A stretch of 64,000 nt of DNA, taken from Lama glama. Lineage: Eukaryota. This document shows, one piece after another, positions 10,348 through 19,928 of the stretch; within the stretch, counting starts at the first letter, position 1; each line of letters opens with the position of its first letter. The stretch is from the NCBI GenBank assembly GCA_028534125.1, contig CM052839.1, positions 45,136,001 to 45,200,000 on the forward strand, in the 5' to 3' direction. Under the pieces are notes generated by a model. The model made no database searches. It worked only from the letters and a program-made list of their open reading frames with translations, and had not been told where the DNA came from. A program made the position numbers and the translations under genes.

Positions 10348-10778
10348 AGCAGCGCTATTCCCAGTCACCTAAAGGTGGTGAGGACTAAGCCCATCCCGGG
10401 TGAGTGGATGAACGAGACGGGGTCCACCCCGCGTGGGAACGCTGTTCAGCGTAGGACGGGGATGAGGCGCTGGCACACAACACAGACGGACCCCCAGCGC
10501 GGAGTGACGGGCGCGAGCACAGGAGGTCACATATCGCACGACTCTGTTTATGTGAAATGACTGAACAGACAGCAAGCAGGGCAGTGGCTGCCAGGGGCTG
10601 GGGCGGGAGGATGGGGACTGACCTGTTAATGGAAGGGGCCCCTTTAGGTGATGAAAATGTTCTAGAACTAGACAGGCAGGGCTGCACATTTTTAATGTAC
10701 TAAATGCCACTAAAGTGGACCAAACTGTGCTCTGAGGTGGTTAATTTTACGTTATGTGAATGTTATCTCAATTAAAAA
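10346..10778 (+). mobile_element. Ancient L1MB-like 3' end
   Basis: gcagcgctattc...gtggctgccaggggctgggg...ggtgatgaaaatgttctagaactaga...aatgtactaaatgccact...ttatctcaattaaaaa. Confidence 0.85.
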
Positions 10779-11138
10779 GGAAAGCTGTCATGGGGCTCTT
10801 TGAAAACACACATCACAGTGAGCAGTTTTCTCGTAGAGGGCAAGGCACCAGGGGACACCGCACGGCCCGCACCACGTTCCGTCCGCAGGTTCCAGGAAGC
10901 CCCTCCCTGCTGAAGACCTGTCTTAGGAGAGTTCTAGTCCCACCGGGCTGGTGCCCTGGGCGCCGCCGCTGACTGCCCAGACTCAGAGCCAAGCACAGAG
11001 ACTGCCACCCTGGCCTGGAGACGCCGTCTCTGTCACCTCCCACCACCTTCCACCACCCTCTGCACGTTCACGTGGACCTTTGGCGCCCAGGCCACCACTC
11101 TGCACCTGCCATGTGTCCACGTCACCTCTCTAGATCGT

Positions 11139-11152
11139 CCACCAGGTGGCAG
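11139..11152 (+). promoter_or_regulatory. CTCF core motif
   Basis: CCACCAGGTGGCAG, an exact match to the CTCF core consensus. Intergenic position. Confidence 0.55.
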
Positions 11153-14100
11153 TGGAAGCTCCGCGATGTGGGGTCCCTGGCCGCCAGCCCTGGCGGCGCC
11201 TGCATCCTCTGCAGACCAGGGGCCCATGTGCTGGGTTGTATCCGGAGCACAGCTGAATCCTCAGTCCTCACCGCCGAACTCAGGGAGGCCGAGCTCCAGA
11301 CGCCAGGCTGGGAGCTTGGAGGCCAGAGTCTGTCCAGCAAAACACACCAGAGGGCTGCTCTGCTGCAGCTGACACCCCATCAGACCCGACCGGCCCCAAA
11401 CCACTTGCAGATCACCACCTCAGCTTTCCGGGAGGGCGCACAGAAAGCCTGCCGGCTCCCAGCAAGGAGCCTGTGCCTGGTGGGGAGCCTCGGCCTTGAC
11501 TTTCCTGGGGTGGAAATCAAGGTCTCAGGGGTTTCCTGGTGGGAAATCTACCAGCTAAGGGATAAAGGAAAATTACAACCCCATCGAACACCTCCAGCCC
11601 CAGGGGCTCTGAAAACCGAGGACTGAGGCTGCACAAAGGACTCTGGGGGCTCCTGCGGCCGCAGAGAAAATCTCAAAACCCGGGTGAGAATTAACAGCAG
11701 CTTCCAGGGGCGAGCCGCCGGATCTCCATAGGGGCTCGGTCTCCGCCGGTGACAGAGTGACACCGCAGAGGTGGCGTGCAGCTGGTGTCGGGTCGGGTTG
11801 GGGGTTAAAGGTCATCTGGATCCCGTGATGGAATTTTCTTCTCGTTTGGACAGCTAGGCAATAGCTAAAGTTTTCCATGAGCCTCTGCAAAGATGTCTGC
11901 TCTCATTTTTGAGAATTATAAAAAAGAGAGAGAGCCTGGCGGGGCAAATGATATCCTCAAACTTGACACTAAAATAATTTTTCTCAAAATCCTGTTACTT
12001 TCTGACCAGACCTGCCAGTGAAGAAATTCTGAAACTCTCCACGCTTCCTAAGGATGTGAAAGCTGGGCAGCAGGTCTCAGTGCTAACCGGACGACTGCCA
12101 GGTTCTCGACCGAAACGGGCACCCGCCCCCACCAGCATGCCTGCAGCCGGAGCAGTTCCAGCCCGGTCTCTGCTGGACCGCCGTGGGGCCGCCTGCTAGG
12201 ACCTGCCCAGCCATCCGGGCGGTTCTGTGGCTCGAGGTCTGGCTTCACTAAAGACCTGGACTTGGGACATCACAGTTCTCCAAAGACCCCAGCTCCTCTG
12301 CTCTCAGGCGTCCTGCCATTTGCTCTGGGAGCTCGTGGTCAGACAGATACACTCTGCCCCCTACAGGTGTCCTGCTGTCACACCCCAGGGCCTCCGGAGC
12401 CCAGCCTGGCCCCTCGCTGGTTTTGCCTCCTTCCAGCTTCATCACAGTCTTTCCAGCACCTTCTGGGGTGAGCTGCAGAAGCAGGTGAGGGCATTTAGGT
12501 GCTACTCAAAGGGGACAAGACCTCCCATTTCTTGGGCGCCCACTACTACTCGGGCTGGGTCTGGGGGTCACCATGCCTGTGGGACGGACCCCCCCCGCCC
12601 CCCGCTGCCAGCAGCGGCTGTCCCATGCTGTGCAAGCCGACATTTGGGCAGCTGGCCGATGCTCTCCCAGCAGTGTGGTCGCGTGCGGCGTCCATATAGC
12701 CAGAGCACAGGGAGCCCCCCAGGAGGGCCTTGGTTCCCAAGTACAAGGGAAATGGGGAGACCTGAGTGCCAGGAAGAGCAGAGATGGGGGAGGAGCCGGC
12801 ACACTGCAGGCCGGCTGCTGCTGCCTCGCCAGCGGGAACCGCCCGTCTGGTCCCTGTCCCACCTCCAGGGGACACACCTGGACCGGAGAGGCCCAGCTGC
12901 ATGAGGAGCCACCCTAGACCAGGGGACGACAGGCCGGTGGCTCCAGGCGCCCATCTCCTGTGAACACGCGGCACCGTGGGGGACATGCTCCCTGCCCCTC
13001 CCACGACCCGCACACCACTCCTCGTGCATCTGGGGACCAAGGACGTCCAGGGGCCCTGGTGTTCTGGCTGTGTGGACGCCACACAAGAACACTCTGATAG
13101 GAAAACATCAGCCAACCGTCCGTTCTCATGGTGCCAGACAGCGGGGCCTCCATCCCACCGGCAAGGTGACCCCCAGACCCACCCGAGTCGGCCTCAGAGC
13201 TCCTGCTTTGGGAACTGTGGGATCCTAGCTCGGGTTTTAGGGTCTGCGGCAAGAAGGAAAAATCAGATTTCAGGGCTGAAGACAACATTTTAAAATCTGG
13301 CTTTAAATAAACGTGGAATAAAAAAAGAGAGAGTGTGGAGCCTCCAGCAGCCGAAATTAGAAGCAGCCAGCCAGGCAGGGAAGCCGTCTGCGCGCACGCG
13401 AGGCAGCACACAGCGTCTGGGACCCGCCAGCGGCACCGAGGAGCCGGGCTGCAGGTCCGGGTCGCCCGTCTCCTGCCGGGAAGGACCCACGAGGACGCAT
13501 CCAGGCTCCTTCTCTGGAGCGTCCTCTGCGTTCAGGTGCCAGAGAAGACTCCTTCCTCTCCGCTCCCAAAATACCCCTCAGATCACTTTCAAGGCACTTT
13601 AAGTCATTTAAGAGGCAGAACAAGAAGAAAACAAAGACGCCATCTCAGGGGTAAAGGCAGGCGTTACGCTGACTGCGAGGCCAGTGTCTTTCCGCATCTT
13701 TCCCAGAAAGTCGAGTGACCACAAGCCCAGTGGGCCTGGCGGCCCCTGCGTGGGCTGCTCGCCTCTGGTCTCCTCGCCTGAAGCACTGTGTTCCTTTGAT
13801 GATGGAGGGCAGGGAAATGGCTTTCTTAGCTTCCAATCTTGCCGCTCTCACAAGTGGGGTCTGCACGTTAGATGGCTGGGGGTGGGGGTGGGTGGGATCC
13901 CCTGCCCTCTGCCACCGGCCTTCAGCGCCTCCCTCCCACCTCAACCCAAACTTGGCCCCTGATGACTGAGCCTGCCCTTCCCTGGCCGGCCTTGTCCAGC
14001 CCACGGGGCCCAAGCAGGCAGCCCTTCCAACCACCCGGGCCTCCTGCCTCACCTGGGCCCATGCAGGAGGCCCGGGCACAGGGGCCCCATCACCTGCCTG

Positions 14101-14969
14101 GGTCATTTAAATCTGCACTGTCAGTTACTTTGTTCTGACAGGCAAGTGGGTGACCGAGCTGGCAGACGCAGGATGACGCTGAGATGCGCCAAGAGGGGGA
14201 GAGACACCCGAGTGAAACTCGGAGACTCGTTCTCGCCCCTGCGCTCGCCCCCATGCCGCCTCCCACGGGCACCTGGAGTCACGCCGATGCGCTGGATTAT
14301 GTAAGGGGACTGGTTGCCAGGGAACGTCTCCCCGCCCAGCCTGGGGACAGGGCGGCACCTGCACCCTCAGTGGAAGCCCCTGTGGGCCGGCAGGGAGGCT
14401 CTGGGAACTCTAGGCTGCCCTGATGAGAGAGTGGAGGCTGGACCACAGCCATGAAGGGCCAGGAAGGGCCCGTGGGCGGCTGCCCACACTCCTCCGCCTC
14501 CTGGGGGAGGGCCCCTCCTCACCCAGGCCGGCTCCCACGGCTGCACCGCATATCTAGGGGTGCCCCGCTCCCAGGCAGGGCTCGGCTCAGATGCCCATCT
14601 CCCTCCGGGGGAGGAGAGGGCAGGTCACGGAGGTGCAGGGTGTAATCTGTCCTGCCTGCGGCCAATGTTTCAGTGAGAGAGAAGAAAGCCTCTGAACGTG
14701 CTCAGGTCAAAAGGGAGGGCAAATCTGAATCAGTCTGGGGAGGGCTGAGGGTCAGGGCCACATCTGGGGTGGCAGGAGAGCAGGTGTCAGCCGGGCCCGT
14801 GTCCCCCACGCTGGCCTCATGCATGGAAGCATGTGGCAGGTGGCAGAGCTGGCCCGGGTGCTCCGTGGGGACAGGGCACTGCTCCACCAGTTGACCCCAG
14901 AGACTCCGGATTCCGAGGCCCAAACAGAGGCTTGTGCCAAGGTCATGGGGGCCCCGCCTTCCACAAGCT

Positions 14970-15620
14970 TTACGTTTTAGGACTGTCTGGATTTACACAG
15001 TTACTGCAGAGACAGCCCACACCCAGTTTCCCCTGCTGTCAACGCCTTACATCACTGTGATGCGTTTGCTACAATTAACAAACCAACGTGGACTCAACTA
15101 AAACCTGGACTTTATTAAGGTTTCCTTAGCTTTTGCCCAGTGTCTTTTTACTGCTCCAGGACCCGTCCCGGGTCCCACAGGACATCCAGTCATCACGTCC
15201 CCCCCAGCTCCTCTTGGCGGGGAGTGTCTCTCGGACTCCCCTGGTTTGCACGACAGTCTGCAGGAGCGCTGGGCAGGGTCTGCAGACCGCCCCTCTGCTG
15301 GGATGTGATGGGGTTCGGTGCCCTCCTCAGCGCGTCCACGCCACGCCCATCACTGTGGCTCACGCAGCTGAGGGGTGCAGTGTCTCCCCAGCCGCTGCTG
15401 TCTGCCCGTCACCAATGCGCACCCACGCCGGGGCTGGCAGTCTCCGGCAGGCCTCGCCCTGTAAAGGGCAGCTGCTCGCGGGCCTTTCCACGGGCACTTG
15501 GGTGCCCTCGGAAGGTCCCGTCTAGCTGCTGACGGTGCCCATCTCTAAGGCACACTGAGGGCTCGCCACGTGCCGGGTCCGGTTCCCAGTGCTTCTCCTG
15601 CCATTCACGCCTCGCTCCTC
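14970..15620 (-). mobile_element. L1MC-like (L1MC4 type) 3' fragment
   Basis: tttgctacaattaacaaaccaac...ttttgcccagtgtctttttactgctccaggaccc resembles the antisense L1MC4 3' UTR. Boundaries are approximate. Confidence 0.6.
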
Positions 15621-17939
15621 CTCTGACGCCAGTGCGGGATGGGTACCCCTGTGCTGCAGGCGTCCGAGCCCCTGGCTGCCTGTGCTCCTCTGGTCCGTGC
15701 CCACGCCCCCAGCCACAGTCCCGGGCTAGATGCCAGGCCTCACCCGGTGGTAGGAGACGTGCCCTGCCTCCCCTGCTAGACAAAGCCGCAGTGTGCTGGA
15801 GGCCTCTGGGGTGACCTTCCCGTTGGCAGGACAGAGGCCTCCAGGAGTCCCGGACCTTCCAGCTTCAGACCCACCATGCATCCTTGCTGACGATACTGAC
15901 AGTGTGAAGAATGTAGGCTGAGGACTGAAAAGACAAAACTCTGGACACAATGTGGACAGTTGTGCCCAGTGACCCTGCCTGGTCCCGTCGCCAGAGCACC
16001 TGGCGTGGGGGGAGGAAGCAATAAAGGCCAGAGAGGATGGAGAGGTGAGACCCGCTCCGATGCCCGTCCTGACAACGCCCAGGCCTCCGCACTCTCTTGT
16101 GCTGGAACTTTCTGGTTACTGACTACAGGGGATTTAATCCAGGAAGGAGAAAAGGAAGGAGTTCTGACGGGGCGGATCCTTCTCTTAGAGAGACGGGGAG
16201 GCTGCCAGGATTGGGGGCGGGGGTAAGCAGCAGCTCCCTTGACAAGTGTGATATGAGCCACACATCGCCACCCCCTTAGGCCAAGTTCAGCAGAAACCGG
16301 GTTGGGCTGGTCAGAGAGAGATGGTGGTGAAACCCTTCAGAGTTCTGTGGTCCCCTCAGAAAGGGCCCCTTCTGTTTAGCAAAAATTCACAAGTCCTCGT
16401 GCCTGCCTTGCCAGCAGAACAGCTTGCCTGAAAAGCAGAGGCTGTCATCCTGTAATTAAATCTTGAGACCCCCCTCCCTACGTGACGCTGAGATGAAGCC
16501 ACTTACATAACTCGACTAAAAATAAGCTGATGAAGAGATGCACTGAGTCTCCCTGCTTACAACCTTTTCCCCCGGGGCCACCCGTGCTGGGGTCGGCTGA
16601 CCTGGGGTCAGTGTCGGCAGCACCACGTGGTTGGACCCTTGCCTTGGACCCCAGCTCAGCACCCTCATGGGCGAGGCCCCGTGGCCGGTGCACAGGGCAG
16701 CGGGCCCTCTGGTCACTGGTCAGAGCTGGGGTGCTGGAGATCGCCATGGCTACATGCCTCCCTGGTCGCTGAGACCGTGGAGATGAGACCGGCAGTCAGA
16801 GATGACGGGGAGCTCGCACCTGGCGGATTCCAGCCCGTCTGCTTTCTCAGTGACTGTGGATGAGCTGCTTATTTATAGACAGCCTCTCCCTGCCCCCCAA
16901 ACGGTGCAGGAAGAACGGCCACGTCCGGGCGAAGGCAGTGGGCCTGGGGTGCTGGGGCCAACCGTCTGGGCCAGCACTGGTCCTCTTGCTCTTCCCTGCT
17001 TCATCGTGACAGTGGCTGCTCTTCCTGGTTGTGCAGAGGAGTGGGCCAGACCCCAAGCCTAGGCAGTGATTTCCCAGCTGCACTGACAGTCAACCTCCAG
17101 GCAAGTCACTCGATCCTCTGCTCACCCCAACAAACTGAGTCAAGGGGAGAAGGAATGAAGCATGGCTGGTAGAGGTGCTGGGACAGCAGACCCTCCTGAC
17201 TCAGCGTCCAGCCCACTGCCTGGCCCTGGGCAGTTCTCGGGCCCGAGGTCCTCACCCGTGGGCCTCAGCCCCACCCAGACACTGCCGCCACCTAAGTAAG
17301 AGATCCAGACCTGGAGCTCAGACCTCCTCTCGCAGTCAAAGGGACACCTCAGCAGACTGGGGGCTGGGGGCGGCTGCAGGCCAGGCGCTGACCTTCTCAC
17401 CGTGGTTCTCCGGCCCAGGTGCCAACCCCTCGCCAGTCCTGCTCTGTACCTCCATCAGCCTCGTGCGTTTCCCAGGGCGACGCGGCTCCATGCACTTACT
17501 TTCACAGCCGCAGGTGCTCTGTGCTGCTTGATGGCTTCCCTCCCAGCTGTTCACCTCCTGCCCGGCTGCCAGGTAGAGGCTGCAGAGCAATGAGCCCACC
17601 TGGTCGGCAAGCCAGCCCCTGGGTGGGCCTCCTGCCGCAGCTGCTACCAAATGTGAGCGTTCTGTTGGGCGTGTTGGTGCACAGAATCTTCTAGAGGGTG
17701 GGGCGGGGCTCAACCACGGAAGCCTTTCTGGAGGGACCCCTCTCCTCCCTCTGCCGTCTCTTAGCTGATGGGAGCAGGCAGCCCAGGGGAATTCTCCCTC
17801 GACTAGTTGCCCTCCCAGAGGGGTGAGACCCTGGTTGTTGCTGGCCAGCCTCCACCTGCCAGTCTCCAGGTCTCGGCCACTCCACTTCCCTTTGGGAGAG
17901 CAGCAGCTCTTCTGTAGCCCCCACCTAGCTCCACGTTGG

Positions 17940-18140
17940 CCTGTGGCCCCAGTCAGGTTAACAGACCTCAGTCCTAGGCCAGGAGGATGGAAGCGAGCGC
18001 TGCACTGGCCCTGAGGAAAGGGAGCGGGATGAGGAAGCAGAAGGCCTGCCTTCTGTCACGTGAGCCAGCAATGCCCTCACTGTAAGAGCCAGTTTGAGCT
18101 AGCTTTCTGTCACTTGCAACCAAAAGAATCCCAGAAATGA
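17940..18140 (+). mobile_element. MLT1 (ERVL-MaLR) LTR 3' fragment
   Basis: agccagtttgagctagctttctgtcacttgcaaccaaaagaatccc matches the end of older MLT1 LTRs. Confidence 0.6.
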
Positions 18141-18659
18141 CGGACACCGGGTTCTACCTTAAAAGACTGCAGGCAATAAAATGGAGGAGACCAGTGCTGG
18201 TAGCAGGGAGGAAATTAAACCAAAAAGGACACGTCTGTGAACGAAGGCTCCAGGTTAGGAGGGGGCACCAAGTGCTTCCTGAATATCGCTTCCCTTTTCT
18301 TTGCATCCTTGTGAAGCAGAGCGGTCCACGTGGGGCACCAACCCTGCGGAGGAAACCCTTGCCAGTCCCTGCTGTCTGCTGGGCCGACAGGCGTCTTGTG
18401 GGCCCATCTCTCTGAGCACTTGCACTTGAAAAGATGGCAGTCCAGGGATGGGGTGCTGGCAAGTGTCAGGTCCAGTTAAAGAGAAACGCTCGGATCTGGG
18501 GTTTTACAATGTAAAGCAAGTAATTCCTCTATGTTAGCATAATTTATTTAAGTATTTTTTTCAAGGGAATTGTACTGGGAACCCTGTGTGCCAACTTGAT
18601 CAGCTTTCTCGGCAGAACCTCCCAGAAATCGCCTTCAGAACCCAAGCAGCTCCGACCCC

Positions 18660-19076
18660 TTGATCCACCGAGGAACGTTCCCCCTCCCCCCGGTTTTCCC
18701 ACACAACAGGGTCCTTCCTGCCGCGCCCTCCCTTGGAATCCTCCCTCCCCAAGGAAACTCCCCCCAAGGAGGATCTTCTGCCACCAGGAGGATCCTCTCT
18801 GTCCCTGAGTTTCCGTCCCCACAGGATTCTCTCCCCACTCCCCACCCAAACCCTGCTTGATGGCTGCCCCCTCCAGAATCTTCCCCCAAATCCTCCCTCC
18901 CGAGTCCTCTTGAGTCCTCTTCCGCAACCCTCCTTCCCCAGGGCCCACCCCTCTCCAGCATTCTAGCCCCAAGCACTCACCTCAAGATGCACCCCTCCCA
19001 GGGTCCTCCCTCAGGGTCCACCCCTCTCCAGGGTCCTCCGTCCCCGGGGGTCCCCCCAAGGTCCTTACTCCCCCGA
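18660..19076. repeat. Degenerate C-rich tandem motif (CCCCTCTCCAGGGTCC-like)
   Basis: Recurrent CAGGGTCC and CCCCTC(T)CCAG units, clearest at 18930-19076. Strong C skew on the + strand. Confidence 0.5.
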
Positions 19077-19506
19077 AGTCTAGCCTCCCTCCTGGGAAGG
19101 GTTGGCCGGGGTCGTGGTCGCCCAGCAGACCTACCTCTGAAAGTGCCGGGTCGTGGCCAGACCCCCGGGACAGCTCGCCGGCCTCTCACCGTCCTTCGCC
19201 AAGCAGGCGTCCGAGCGCCAGGGACCCTCCCTGCCCAGCGCGGGTCCCTGACCCGAGCCGCCCTCGGGGGAGAGGCGCCCAGCACCCGGCCGCCACGACT
19301 CGCCACTTTGCGGAGTGTCGCCCCCTCGCGCGTTCGCGGCCGGCGTCCTTCGTCCCCCGCCACCTTCTGCTCCTTTCTTCCTGCGCCACCCCGCCCCCGC
19401 CTCCCCGCCCCCAGCCCGGCTGTCGCCCGGGCCCCCAAGGCTGTTCCCAGGGCCCCAGCCCGCGTCGCGCCTCCGCCTCCTCCCCCAGGATCGACAGCGC
19501 CGCTGG

Positions 19507-19733
19507 CCAATCGTTGCTTGGCGCCGGCCCACAAGCCCTGCCCCCTCGTTCCCGCCCCCTTCCCCCGTCTCCGGAACCCACCAATGGGGAGGGCAGAGCG
19601 GGGGCGGGGCCTGCCGGTTGCCTAGCAGCAGCGGCTGGGCGGGGGCGGGCGGCCGGGGGCGGCGATCCGGGTGCGGCGGGGGCGGGCGCTCGGGGGCGGG
19701 GCCTCGGAGGGGCGGGGCCTGGGCGGCTATAAA
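19507..19733 (+). promoter_or_regulatory. BAIAP2 core promoter: CCAAT boxes, GC boxes and TATA box
   Basis: CCAAT at 19507 and 19581, multiple GGGCGG sites at 19600-19726, TATAAA at 19728-19733. This implies a TSS near 19755-19760. Confidence 0.8.
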
Positions 19734-19874
19734 GGTGGACGCCGGTCAGACGCCGCGTTTCTGGTCCGGCTCCGTGCGCTGCCTGCTGGCTCGGTTCGCC
19801 GCACCCGCCGTCGTCGCCGCCGCCACCGCTGCTCACGTCCCCACTCCGGTCCGTGGTGCAGCCGGACCAGCACC

Positions 19875-19928
19875 ATGTCGCTGTCTCGGTCGGAAGAGAT
19901 GCACCGGCTCACAGAAAATGTCTACAAG
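19875..19928 (+). CDS. BAIAP2: BAIAP2/IRSp53 coding exon 1 (MSLSRSEEMHRLTENVYK)
   Basis: Kozak-like gcaccATG start, AAG|gtgagc donor, 54 nt. Matches the IRSp53 N-terminus. Confidence 0.97.
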
